Source: a virus
Taxonomy: Duplodnaviria; Caudoviricetes
Virus record (IMG/VR): IMGVR_UViG_3300006118_000005
Coordinates: 1-34,947 of that record
DNA length: 34,947 nt
Strand: one strand, 5' to 3'
Made by a program: the position numbers and the translations under genes. The notes beneath the pieces were generated by a model. The model was not told the origin of the DNA and made no database searches. It was given only the letters and a program-made list of their open reading frames with translations. Below are positions 9,518 to 18,988 of the stretch, piece by piece. Each line of letters begins with the position of its first letter. The first letter of the stretch is position 1.

Positions 9518-11728
9518 TTAGAACCTCACTCTTAATTCGTGTTCAAATTCAAAACCGTTAATGACAAATCCGGGATTAGACGACTGTATCGTTTGACCCA
9601 AATACTTGCCGTACTGAGACGCATCTGTCTTGTACAGCGTATATCCTGTTCCACCAGACCACCCAATCACTGTGGATACGTTGTTTTTCCAAAAAATTGT
9701 TGTGTTGTAGATGTTGTACCAAGTAACAATATTACTTAATGTATAAGCTGGGCTTGAGCCTTGCTCAGAATCTACCGTGACACTCAGTGTTGCATTTTCC
9801 AACAAAGTCGCTTCAACCGCAATCTTTAGCGCTTGCTTGGTGCGAATATTGTCTTTCATAGACATTAAAGCTGTTTGAACGTAACTGTTAATGCCTGAAG
9901 TTGTATCGTTATAAAGCTGGTACAAATTAGTTCCGTCGGTACCAAATAAAGCTACTTTTCCGCCAATTGGCGCAGAAACAATAAAGTCAAGATTGTTGAC
10001 TACGCTGGTAAAAAACCATTTTTTCTCAAAAAAGACAGCTTGAATATAACGATTAGATGAACTAACTCCAGCGCCGCCGGTGTAGTAAAAGTTAAATGCG
10101 GCGCACAAAATATTGTTAATCAGAACCTGACCAGCGTAAACGGGTCGAGTAAAGTCAATATTTGTGAAAATACCGTCCAGTGGGTCACTGATTTTGGATG
10201 TGGTAGAGCCTACCAGCGCATAAACGCCGTAGTTGTTCATGAACAGCACTGACCTAAAGTACGGGAAAATGGCATAAGGCAACTTGGTACCCACTGACGC
10301 AGAGACGTTGGTGTTGGTAAATATGGTCGAACCAGTAGAAGTTACCCTAACATCTGAAAAAACGTTGATGGAATCGTCCCCAAAAATGTACAAAAAGTTG
10401 TTGGCGGACAGTAATTGCTGAATGTTGCCGTGCAGTGTGGAGTCCGATATAGCCACAGACCCCGCAGAAACCGTTATAAAGTCGCTGTAAGACCCCGCCG
10501 CAGAGTAAAAGACTGTACGCCCTTGGGCAATCCAAACGCGCCCTGAGAACGACGATATGCCTACATTGGTGGTGCTATTCACATAAGCCGTAACAGTTGC
10601 CGCATTGGTGTATCCACCGCCGGTTAAAGTCACTGTTGGGGCGCTGGTGTAGCCACTACCCGGGTTGGTCATTACTATCTCAGTGACAATACCGCCTGAA
10701 ATAATTGCTGTTGCCGCCGCACCACTGCCGCCGCCACCGCTAAATCCTACTGTTGGCGCTGACGCATAGCCTGTACCGCCTGTATTAACGAGTACATAAA
10801 CCGTGCCAGTTGCAAAAGTGGTGTATCCCGCCACAGCAGATGCACCGCTACCACCGCCACCTGAGAACGTGATGGTTGGCGCAGAGTTGTACCCGGTTCC
10901 AGCGTTAGTCAAAACAACAGACGTTACCAAGCCGGTATCTACAACGCCGTTGGCTGTTGCGGTTGTACCACTAGGAGGCGCCGCAATCGTAATGGTCGGG
11001 GCACTGGTATAGCCTGAGCCGGGGTTTGTAATGGTGAGCGCCACCACATTTCCGCTTTGAATACTTGCTGAAATGGTTGCGCCTGAGCCTCCACCACCGC
11101 TAACCGACACGGACGGCACCGACGTATAGCCAGAGCCAATGTTGGTGATGTTGGTTGAAATAAGCGTTCCAGCGCCGGTTGTGATGGTTGCCACACCCGT
11201 TGCTTGTATGCCATTGGCATTATTGGGGGCGCTAATGGTGACTAGGGGCGCAGAGCTGTAACCTGAGCCTTGGTTGGTGAGTCCAATGACCGATACTGAG
11301 CCAACAGAGATTAAGTTTGTTGCATCCCAAGTAAAGTAGCCTTTGTATGGGTCAAGAATCAAAGCCTCGGTGTTTTTCCACTGACTGACGTTGATGTTGC
11401 CTGTTGTGCTGAATGTTCCGGCTGGCGCAACGTTGCCTTTGGATAAAGAGCCAATATTGACGTATTCACATGAGCCGTCTGACTCAAAAGCAAGCAAATA
11501 GTCATTTAGATTTAAGTTAACCGCAAACATTGCAATCACGGTATGACTAAAAGTCACCCCGGTATTGGTGTATGTTGGCGTAATTTTGAGGTTGGCATAA
11601 CCAACCGGCATGGCATTTTCAAGCCATGAGAACTCATCTTCTTCAATAGCGGTGCGGTTAGCCTTGGTGTTAACGCCTTTAAACTGCTTAACAACCTGAT
11701 AAGACTTTTTTTGCTCTGCTGATGCCAT
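9518..11728 (-). CDS. Tail nozzle / tail tubular protein B-like, with six inserted GxGY-SAP repeats
   Basis: 736 aa, beta-propeller-like segments (GRVWIAQGRTVFYS, LYIFGDDSI). Follows the adaptor gene. Confidence 0.7.
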   Translation of the reverse strand: MASAEQKKSYQVVKQFKGVNTKANRTAIEEDEFSWLENAMPVGYANLKITPTYTNTGVTFSHTVIAMFAVNLNLNDYLLAFESDGSCEYVNIGSLSKGNVAPAGTFSTTGNINVSQWKNTEALILDPYKGYFTWDATNLISVGSVSVIGLTNQGSGYSSAPLVTISAPNNANGIQATGVATITTGAGTLISTNITNIGSGYTSVPSVSVSGGGGSGATISASIQSGNVVALTITNPGSGYTSAPTITIAAPPSGTTATANGVVDTGLVTSVVLTNAGTGYNSAPTITFSGGGGSGASAVAGYTTFATGTVYVLVNTGGTGYASAPTVGFSGGGGSGAAATAIISGGIVTEIVMTNPGSGYTSAPTVTLTGGGYTNAATVTAYVNSTTNVGISSFSGRVWIAQGRTVFYSAAGSYSDFITVSAGSVAISDSTLHGNIQQLLSANNFLYIFGDDSINVFSDVRVTSTGSTIFTNTNVSASVGTKLPYAIFPYFRSVLFMNNYGVYALVGSTTSKISDPLDGIFTNIDFTRPVYAGQVLINNILCAAFNFYYTGGAGVSSSNRYIQAVFFEKKWFFTSVVNNLDFIVSAPIGGKVALFGTDGTNLYQLYNDTTSGINSYVQTALMSMKDNIRTKQALKIAVEATLLENATLSVTVDSEQGSSPAYTLSNIVTWYNIYNTTIFWKNNVSTVIGWSGGTGYTLYKTDASQYGKYLGQTIQSSNPGFVINGFEFEHELRVRF

Positions 11729-12589
11729 TTAGAAAAGACTCGAATAGGGGTCTGGCATCCTTCTTGTAAATGTTGTTGCCAGTACAGATTGCATTTGCTT
11801 GGTGTATTCTTGCTTGTATATCTCGGCTTCGCCAAAAGACTGTTCATAGTATTTGGCAAGATAAGCCGCATAAAACGGTACTGGTGAGTAATAAGGGTCG
11901 TTGATTGAATCTACATCGTTCAAATTAACCAACGGCGTTGGCAATATCACGGTGTCTAGCTCAATCGTATAAACTTGGTCCGGCACTGGAGAAATGTAAA
12001 TAGTCTGCTGACCATAGACAGAAAAACAAATAGGTCTGCCAATATAGTTTTGCCAAAAGCGCAACTGGGCGTTGAACTGGGTCCATGGCAAGTAGCGCAT
12101 GGGAACGCGAGTGTTGCCCCAGTACAAGTTGATATTTAAGACATCCAGCGTTTGCAAGCCGCTCGGCAAGCAAGAATACTGAATTTGCTCACAAGGAGCC
12201 ACATATTGCAAATACGCCGTTCCATTTTGAAAGGGCGTACTGGGTGGGTAATTCTGATAAATGGTGGACGAGCCACTAGGATAAGGGGGCGCTGTGGTTC
12301 CTAAAGTACCAGCAGTCGTAACCTGATAAATAAAAATATTTGAAAAAACATAGTCACCGAGGTTGACAGCTTGATTTGCGACCCAATTATATGGATATGC
12401 ACCACCGGGGACTGGGGTACATGGTGCTTGCGAGACTTGAACGGTACGCAAGCATCCTGTATCACGGACAAGTCTCTCTCTTGCAGAATTGATGTTGTCA
12501 ATTAACTGCTGGTTGGTGTAGAAGTTTGCGTTTGCATCATGCAACAAATTTCTAACAGAGTAAAGATAACCTGAGAGGGTTTGCGCCAT
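11729..12589 (-). CDS. Head-tail adaptor / tail tubular protein A-like
   Basis: 286 aa. Helical N-terminus (VRNLLHD...IDNINSARERL), central IYISPVPDQVYTI, helical C-terminus (YAAYLA). Confidence 0.7.
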   Translation of the reverse strand: MAQTLSGYLYSVRNLLHDANANFYTNQQLIDNINSARERLVRDTGCLRTVQVSQAPCTPVPGGAYPYNWVANQAVNLGDYVFSNIFIYQVTTAGTLGTTAPPYPSGSSTIYQNYPPSTPFQNGTAYLQYVAPCEQIQYSCLPSGLQTLDVLNINLYWGNTRVPMRYLPWTQFNAQLRFWQNYIGRPICFSVYGQQTIYISPVPDQVYTIELDTVILPTPLVNLNDVDSINDPYYSPVPFYAAYLAKYYEQSFGEAEIYKQEYTKQMQSVLATTFTRRMPDPYSSLF

Positions 12590-12601
12590 TGAACGTCCAT
12601 A

Positions 12602-12922
12602 TTATGCTGGGACATTTCCCCCCGCCTTCTTTGAGGAAGGCAGAGGTACTCTTTCCATCACCGGGGATAACGAGTGATTCTGTTGAGGAGGTTCCAAAGT
12701 AATTTGGATTTTCTCCAAAATTTCTAAACCTTGAGGCAAGTCATTTTTTGTTTTGATAAGTCCAAGGCGAGTGAGATAAACTTCTTTATCGTTGTCACCC
12801 CAGCCAAATATGTGTCGAATCGCTTCTTCCGGCGCCTCCACTGTTTGATTCACCGGAAATCTGTATTGTTGAAACGCATAGTCAAAAACTATGGGCTTCT
12901 CCCAATTATTCGTTACATACAT
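12602..12922 (-). CDS. Hypothetical protein
   Basis: 106 aa. AGGGGATAACT precedes the ATG. Confidence 0.75.
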   Translation of the reverse strand: MYVTNNWEKPIVFDYAFQQYRFPVNQTVEAPEEAIRHIFGWGDNDKEVYLTRLGLIKTKNDLPQGLEILEKIQITLEPPQQNHSLSPVMERVPLPSSKKAGGNVPA

Positions 12923-12945
12923 AGTTATCCCCTATCAAAAAAAAA

Positions 12946-13398
12946 TTAGAACGTTACAACGTCTCCGTACACGCGAATATCACAAGTGTTGGAGTTACCA
13001 GACACAGTGTTGATGTTCACATACAAAGCTGAAGTAACTGCACCTGATACAACCGTGTTTCCGTTATAAGGTGAAGCAATTGTCAAATCTTGGTACAAAC
13101 CAGTTCCTGTGAGTGTCACTTGGGCATTTGCAACAACAAGGTTTGCACCGTCGTTGGTTGTTCCAATAGACACATAAGCACTTGATAAGCTACCAGACGG
13201 ATTTTGCAGAGTAATTCTTCTGATTATGATTCCGCCTGAATTGGCTGTTGCTCCGCCCTTAGTCAAGCCACCGTTCAAAATGGGAAGCGCAATAACAGCA
13301 TTTCCCGCTGTATTGAGTTGAGTAGCTTGAATAACAGCCACACGACCATATCCAAAACTGTCAAGGTAAAACTGACTGACTGAATCTGGATTAGCCAT
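12946..13398 (-). CDS. Putative virion structural / decoration protein
   Basis: 150 aa, beta-rich, strong AAGGAG SD, downstream of the capsid gene. Confidence 0.65.
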   Translation of the reverse strand: MANPDSVSQFYLDSFGYGRVAVIQATQLNTAGNAVIALPILNGGLTKGGATANSGGIIIRRITLQNPSGSLSSAYVSIGTTNDGANLVVANAQVTLTGTGLYQDLTIASPYNGNTVVSGAVTSALYVNINTVSGNSNTCDIRVYGDVVTF

Positions 13399-13408
13399 GT
13401 GTTACTCC

Positions 13409-13747
13409 TTAGACGTTGTTGTAAGTGCCGGAAACTGATTGACCACTGTTAGAGCCATACAGCGTTACGGTAACGTTACCACTTGTTGACAATGCTTGAA
13501 CGTTTGCGCCATCAGACCACACAATACCAGCGGCACTTGCGGAGATAACGTTTGTCCAAGAAGGAGAGGCAAGGTTAGTCGATGTGTTGAATTGAATCAC
13601 AACGTTAGCTGTTGGCAACAACTGATACAAACCAACTGGAATGGTTGTACCGGATGTTGTTGCAGTAACGTTTGATGCTTCAAAGTACGCGCCGGCTGTG
13701 TTTGTCGCCGCATTGGCTAGGATGATTTTATTGGGTGAAAGTGACAT
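13409..13747 (-). CDS. Putative capsid decoration protein
   Basis: 112 aa, S/T/A/N-rich. TAAGGAGGT SD directly after the capsid gene. Confidence 0.65.
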   Translation of the reverse strand: MSLSPNKIILANAATNTAGAYFEASNVTATTSGTTIPVGLYQLLPTANVVIQFNTSTNLASPSWTNVISASAAGIVWSDGANVQALSTSGNVTVTLYGSNSGQSVSGTYNNV

Positions 13748-13758
13748 GATTTACCTCC

Positions 13759-14760
13759 TTATAGTGAAATAGAGTTGTAACCCGTCACCTGTGTCATGGT
13801 CTTAGGCTTGGTAGATACCAATTCTGCAATCATGAGAACAGCGCCAACATAACCAATTTGCCAGTTAGGCAGAGTGGACTCAAATCCTGTGAACACAAAC
13901 GAACCTTGCTCATGGATGTATAAGCTCAAGTAGTTCATGTTGAGGAAGTAAACAGTACCCTCTGGGCAATATGGGTCTGGATAGATTGGCACACCAGCAA
14001 CCATCAAAGCACGGAAAGCGGCTTGAGGACCGTTGCCGTCTGCATCAAATCCGTTGCCGGGAGTGATGACATACTGCTCTTGACCTACAAAGTCTTGTGC
14101 TAAGAGTGTCCAAGTACCAAATCCGCAAACACCAAATGTAGGTACTTCAGCACCTTTCTTAACAGTTCCAGCAATGTACTGAAGAATGTTTTGACGAGTT
14201 GGGTTTACATTACCAGCGGCATACTGGGCAGATTGCCACCATGTATAGCTTGAACGGGAGATGTTTCCGTATGTACCGGAAGAAGAAACTGCGGCGGGAA
14301 GACCAATGAACTGCTGATTGTTTGTTGTATTGGTGTACAACGCAGTAGCCATCGCATCCATCATGACGTTTGTCGCGTCATTCATACGAGCTTCAATGAG
14401 TGGGATGATTGCGGCGTCTTGCTGAACCGCACCTTCCATACCGAGGAACGGTACTGGGGCAATCATAAGTTTCAAATCAAATTCAGCGTTGTAAGCACCT
14501 TGCTGGACGGCAGGCTGGTTGAATGAACCAGAGTAGTCCGACCACTGGGCGTTCACAAATTGTGAGCCTTGAACTGGAACTGTTACTGAGGATACACCAC
14601 CGCTTGCTTGTTGACTGTTTGCAATCAACGCCGCAAGTAAAGGCGTACTGTTATAAAGTTGAACAACCAGCTTGGGGATGAACGCTCTACGAGTGACGTA
14701 AGTCAGCTCGGTATATTGCGAACTACCCGTTGCCGGAATAATACCGCCACCAATAGGCAT
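13759..14760 (-). CDS. Major capsid protein
   Basis: 333 aa, HK97-like features (LYNSTPLL, IGLPAAV, GVPIYPDPYCP, YFLN). Downstream of portal and scaffold. Confidence 0.85.
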   Translation of the reverse strand: MPIGGGIIPATGSSQYTELTYVTRRAFIPKLVVQLYNSTPLLAALIANSQQASGGVSSVTVPVQGSQFVNAQWSDYSGSFNQPAVQQGAYNAEFDLKLMIAPVPFLGMEGAVQQDAAIIPLIEARMNDATNVMMDAMATALYTNTTNNQQFIGLPAAVSSSGTYGNISRSSYTWWQSAQYAAGNVNPTRQNILQYIAGTVKKGAEVPTFGVCGFGTWTLLAQDFVGQEQYVITPGNGFDADGNGPQAAFRALMVAGVPIYPDPYCPEGTVYFLNMNYLSLYIHEQGSFVFTGFESTLPNWQIGYVGAVLMIAELVSTKPKTMTQVTGYNSISL

Positions 14761-14791
14761 AATTTATCTCCGAAAAAAAATATCCCCTGTT

Positions 14792-15325
14792 TTAAAAACC
14801 TATTGGTCTTACGTTTCCTTTGCGTAAGTCCATCAAGGCTCTTGATGCTTCATCCCTAGCCGCAGTCACTCTGTTTTTCCAGAAAGGCTTCAAGTCAAAC
14901 TTTGCAAGCGGATTGGGCTGATATGCTCCGCTGACAGACGTTGGCGTGGCTGATTGTTTCATCCACTCCCAGTAATCCGCCGCGGCTTCATGATTGGTAA
15001 TTCCTTTATCAATCATTACTTTTTCGATTTCAGGAATGTCATTTTCAGACAATCCTCTTTTCATAAGTTTTTGACGACGCGATTCCAAATCAGCTACCGC
15101 CTCTTTTTCACGCAACTTGTTTTCCAAGTCTTGTACTCTTTGCTCTGCGCGAAGCACTGCGTTATTGGTTTTTTGTTCAATATCAAGTTCTGGCAATGGC
15201 ATATTGGGATGAACTTCCCTAACCAAGCCTAAAAACTTAGGACGAATTTTAGGGTCGTCCGACATTTTTTTAACCAACATTGCGAGTTCATCTCGCTGTT
15301 CAAAGGTAAGGTCTTCTAAACTCAT
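14792..15325 (-). CDS. Putative scaffolding protein
   Basis: 177 aa, charged coiled coil, immediately upstream of the capsid gene. Confidence 0.6.
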   Translation of the reverse strand: MSLEDLTFEQRDELAMLVKKMSDDPKIRPKFLGLVREVHPNMPLPELDIEQKTNNAVLRAEQRVQDLENKLREKEAVADLESRRQKLMKRGLSENDIPEIEKVMIDKGITNHEAAADYWEWMKQSATPTSVSGAYQPNPLAKFDLKPFWKNRVTAARDEASRALMDLRKGNVRPIGF

Positions 15326-15343
15326 AAATATCCCCTGTTGTTA

Positions 15344-15529
15344 TTAAATTACTTTTTTACCGTCACCGGGCTTCTCAACGTGCATCTTGTTCTTAGGACC
15401 AACTTTAGCTGGGTTGCTAAGTCCACCTAAGTGAGCAAAACGTGGTTGGTTGGTGATGACGCCATGTTGCTGATTGTCAGAAATCGGGTTACGAGGCTGA
15501 CCAGCGGCGCGAGGTTTAAATAAATCCAT
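15344..15529 (-). CDS. Small hypothetical protein
   Basis: 61 aa, AAGGA SD. Resembles the junction-spanning protein. Confidence 0.75.
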   Translation of the reverse strand: MDLFKPRAAGQPRNPISDNQQHGVITNQPRFAHLGGLSNPAKVGPKNKMHVEKPGDGKKVI

Positions 15530-15541
15530 GATAGTTTCCTT

Positions 15542-16051
15542 TTACATTGGAGGAGGAGTTGCGCCACCAGCGGGAGGCATACCGGGAGGCATACCACCCC
15601 CAGCACCCGGCATTGGCGGCAAATTGGGAACAGCGGGAGCTTGAGACATTGCCCGACCTTCTGGCGTAGCGCCTCCAGCTTGGGGCAAATTTTGTAGCAT
15701 CTGAATAATTTCAGACTGCTGAAGTTCTTTGGTTTTGTTTTTCTTGGGACCGAGAACCGCGGTGAGAGAACGAATGGCGGCAAGTGCTTTTTGTCCTTCA
15801 TCGGATTCAGAGCCAAGGCTAGGCAGAGCTTGTTCAATCAAGTCCATTGCCATGGAGAGATTGACCATTGCGCCTTCACGATTGCCCATCTTGGGTTCAG
15901 GTGTTGACATAGGAGAAGCCATTGGCGGCGTCTCAGCATCCGACATATTGCCGGGTTCATTCGGAGGCGGCGTAATTGCTGGAGCTGACGATGCCCCGGC
16001 GCCTCTTTGCGACTTAATTAAATCCATCAGCTTATCTGGTGGGACGCTCAT
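15542..16051 (-). CDS. Pro/Met-rich hypothetical virion-associated protein
   Basis: Likely start MSVPPDKL at 16051 (GAGG SD). Central helical hairpin with disordered ends. Confidence 0.75.
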   Translation of the reverse strand: MSVPPDKLMDLIKSQRGAGASSAPAITPPPNEPGNMSDAETPPMASPMSTPEPKMGNREGAMVNLSMAMDLIEQALPSLGSESDEGQKALAAIRSLTAVLGPKKNKTKELQQSEIIQMLQNLPQAGGATPEGRAMSQAPAVPNLPPMPGAGGGMPPGMPPAGGATPPPM

Positions 16052-16196
16052 AAATTGCCTCAATCGTTAAAGTTAACTCAATTGACCCGAACTATAACAC
16101 TATGTCAAGTGGGGAGGCAAATTTTTATTCCCGCCCCCCCAAAGGAATGTTGGTTTTGGTCAAGCCAAATAACCTTAAGGGGCAAGCCCCGTAAGA

Positions 16197-16235
16197 TTAC
16201 TTGCGGCTCTTACGACCTTTACGCGCTTTACGCAT
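16197..16235 (-). CDS. 12-aa Arg/Lys micropeptide MRKARKGRKSRK
   Basis: AGGAGTGAACC-ATG CGT AAA GCG CGT AAA GGT CGT AAG AGC CGC AAG TAA. Confidence 0.65.
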   Translation of the reverse strand: MRKARKGRKSRK

Positions 16236-16315
16236 GGTTCACTCCTAGATAAGAGGAGGCGACCTATTTATGAGGGAAGGAAGCCACACCCTTTTTTTCT
16301 TCTCAGAAAAAACTT

Positions 16316-16486
16316 TCACAATCTGACTGTTTCGCGTCCACTACTTCTAGTGGTGCGCTGGGTACCGAGATTCGGTGTCCCTGTATTCCTGTACTGAATC
16401 GACGCCGGTTTAGACATCGCTTTCAAAGATTCTGTGCTGACCCTTGGTTGATCTGCTCTGGGTTGTGTAGATGTTCTTGTAGCCAT
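16316..16486 (-). CDS. Small basic protein (56 aa, not in ORF track)
   Basis: MATRTSTQPRADQPRVSTES...GRETVRL. The ATG overlaps the portal stop (TAATG). Confidence 0.7.
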   Translation of the reverse strand: MATRTSTQPRADQPRVSTESLKAMSKPASIQYRNTGTPNLGTQRTTRSSGRETVRL

Positions 16487-18114
16487 TACTGCACCGCCTT
16501 CAAATCTGCTTTCTTTTCCTTAGGAGCTGGGGCTTGCTGTGGTTGTTGTTGTTGCATAGCCTCGCGCTTTTTCAACTTGTCTTTGAGCAATTGTTTCATG
16601 GGTGGCTCAAGTAAGTCAAGTAGGGATTCTTTGTCAATGGCTTGCGCCTTGAATAAGTTAAACGCCAACTGACGCAAGTCCTCTGTGAAGATGGGCGAAT
16701 TGGAGTGCGCGTCCACTTTGACCGTGTAGTCTTTTGTGAATTGCTCGGCAATAAATTGATTGCCCGCATCGTCTTCCAAGTGTGTTTTGTCGTAGGCTTG
16801 CATGAGCTTGAGGTAAAGCGTTGCCACTTTTTCCAAGCTGTCCTCGACCACCAGTGCGCGTTTTTTGGCGCGTGAGGAACCCAGTCTAGCAAGCTGAGAG
16901 GCGTGACCAGCAGAACGTACACCTTGTTCGCCGCGACCGGAGAGAATGGCTGAGATGCCGGACGCTTCTTCAAACATGGCGTCCACTTCCTTAATCACTT
17001 CAAAGAGTTCGCTAGGCATATTAGGTGACAAACGGTCCACTTTGGCGTTTGGCATATCTGACATCAGCAGACCACCAGCGCGGTTTAGTGCAAAGTTTTT
17101 TTCATCCAAGATGCCGGTAAAACCAGAGAGTGCGGTTGGCGGATTGACTTGCTTGGAGAGCAAATCTTGAATCTCCGCCATACGGGAGTTTCTGAGTTCT
17201 TGCAGTTGTACAAGACGTTGTACTTCAGATTGACCCCAGTAGTAGTCGTACTGAGGATTGGGACAAAGCTGAACAAAGGGTAGTTCGCCTTTTAGGAAAA
17301 CACTTACGCCTTCTCGGTCGTAAATGACAACATCCGGGTCTGCAATGGTGACCATTTGATAGTCACGGGTTTCGTCGTTCCAAACCCACAACTCATACAT
17401 TTTGACGGTGTCTTCACTGACACGGGCTTTGTATCGGTTGTAGCCAGAGAGATTGATGTCCACATTTCCGTAGAGTTGCGGATTGGTGGATGACATGATG
17501 ATTTGCTCGACGCCGTCTGGGATGTCCTCAGAGCGTGTGTGAACAGCGCTTGAGACGCGCTTGACAATTTGTTCACGTTTGGGATGCGAGTAAAGTCGGT
17601 TGTAGAGTTCCGACTTGGTGATGTAGTAGGTTTGAACAATGGCTTCTTGACGGTCGGTGTAGGGCGCGTCTTCTCTCAGAACACCCATCGTTGCCGGTTC
17701 CACCATGTAGGGGTGTATGCCGTTTCTCATCACAAGTTTGATGTAACTGGTGTTGTAAACCAGTGACCAGTTTAGTGCTGAGGAAAAAACTTGATCTGCG
17801 TTAGAGTTGAGCCACTCATCATTGAGCGCCATGGTGAGCTTAGGGATTTTTAAGTGCTCACTGGGGTGAACGCCTGCACCGACGTTGATTGAAAAGCGCG
17901 TGGTTTCTGCTGAGTAGAGAAACGAGGTCAGTTGGTCAACGTGCGGAAATATTTTGTTAAACAGAGCTGGTGCATCATTGGGTCCGTTGCCAAAGAGGAA
18001 CCAACTCCGTAGGGACGAGTAATCAGCCTTCCTCTCCTCCAAAGAGACTTGGCATTTGGCAATCAAATCGCGGTAAAACCATTCTCTGTGAAGTGGGTCT
18101 GAAGGTATTCTCAT
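16486..18114 (-). CDS. Portal protein
   Basis: 542 aa between terminase and capsid. Contains LPFVQL...YYWGQSEV...LQELRN and EEASGIS...GVRSAG portal-type segments. Confidence 0.85.
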   Translation of the reverse strand: MRIPSDPLHREWFYRDLIAKCQVSLEERKADYSSLRSWFLFGNGPNDAPALFNKIFPHVDQLTSFLYSAETTRFSINVGAGVHPSEHLKIPKLTMALNDEWLNSNADQVFSSALNWSLVYNTSYIKLVMRNGIHPYMVEPATMGVLREDAPYTDRQEAIVQTYYITKSELYNRLYSHPKREQIVKRVSSAVHTRSEDIPDGVEQIIMSSTNPQLYGNVDINLSGYNRYKARVSEDTVKMYELWVWNDETRDYQMVTIADPDVVIYDREGVSVFLKGELPFVQLCPNPQYDYYWGQSEVQRLVQLQELRNSRMAEIQDLLSKQVNPPTALSGFTGILDEKNFALNRAGGLLMSDMPNAKVDRLSPNMPSELFEVIKEVDAMFEEASGISAILSGRGEQGVRSAGHASQLARLGSSRAKKRALVVEDSLEKVATLYLKLMQAYDKTHLEDDAGNQFIAEQFTKDYTVKVDAHSNSPIFTEDLRQLAFNLFKAQAIDKESLLDLLEPPMKQLLKDKLKKREAMQQQQPQQAPAPKEKKADLKAVQ

Positions 18115-18116
18115 TT

Positions 18117-18590
18117 TTAAGATGAATCTTTAGGTATCGAGAGGTTTTGATGGTCTGGAATATAACTTGCCGTAGTGGGTCCTGTCAAATTTCCGGCTTC
18201 TTTTGGCATTAAACCAACTTTTTCACCGGCAACGGAACGGAACATATTGCCTTTCAAGATGCTACCCATGTTAAGTCCCCCTTGTCCGCCCCAAATTGCG
18301 GCATTTCCGGGTCTGTCTTCTTGAACAGCGGCGGGTGGAGGCACGTTGTTGCGGGTAAAGTACCCGGCTTGATTGTCGCCTTCACGGGTTGTCTTGATGT
18401 CTGTCATGTTGAAGTCCAGTGCAAGCTGTTTTGCGTTGGCGTCAGTTGCCTTGGTTTTGTCGGATTTGAGTCCCGGCGCCTGTAAAAAGACCACCATAAC
18501 CTCTGCATTGCACTGTTTCATGGGGCATTTAGGCTCCCAAGCCTCAAAATACCCGTGTGTTTCGCACTTGTAATCCTTTAAAACACTCAT
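18117..18590 (-). CDS. Zinc-ribbon (FmdB-like) protein
   Basis: N-terminal DYKCETHGYFE...KCPMKQC. Confidence 0.6.
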   Translation of the reverse strand: MSVLKDYKCETHGYFEAWEPKCPMKQCNAEVMVVFLQAPGLKSDKTKATDANAKQLALDFNMTDIKTTREGDNQAGYFTRNNVPPPAAVQEDRPGNAAIWGGQGGLNMGSILKGNMFRSVAGEKVGLMPKEAGNLTGPTTASYIPDHQNLSIPKDSS

Positions 18591-18988
18591 TTAGTTCCCC
18601 TTTCTAATTGCTCATTTAATGACGGTTGGCTGTAATCTGCCTTGTTTACTAATCCTACCTTAACCTTTATCTCTCCATTCACCACAGTTAATCCCATTGA
18701 GCGTTTGACCATAGGCTTAGGATGGCGTCTGTACTCGGTAAACCGGGTGTTGTCTTGGTTTTGCATGACTGCAACTTCACCTTTTGCCCATGCTTTGTAT
18801 CCTTTCCAAACTCTGCGCTGTACAAATTCGCTGAGTGGCTCGGTGTTGTATAAAAACACATCGCGCAAGGTGGAGACGCTAATGCCGCAAAGGTCAGCAA
18901 AGAGGGCAATACTAATGCCGCGGTTCTTGTCTTTCAAGAAACGACGGATTAAAACCATGAGTTGACGTCTAGGGAGTGGTTGGTCCAC
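18587..18988 (-). CDS. Putative HTH DNA-binding protein
   Basis: ISIALFADLCGISVSTLRDVF is an HTH-like segment. Confidence 0.6.
   Translation of the reverse strand: MDQPLPRRQLMVLIRRFLKDKNRGISIALFADLCGISVSTLRDVFLYNTEPLSEFVQRRVWKGYKAWAKGEVAVMQNQDNTRFTEYRRHPKPMVKRSMGLTVVNGEIKVKVGLVNKADYSQPSLNEQLERGTK

Noticed and set aside
14761-14800. Scaffold-capsid fusion by slippage at GGT TTT TAA or the T8 run
   Set aside because: The capsid frame has a TAA two codons before its ATG, so no fusion is possible.
16076-16108. TTGACA on the - strand as an internal capsid promoter
   Set aside because: No acceptable -10 at 16-18 nt spacing; TATAGT is only 6 nt away.
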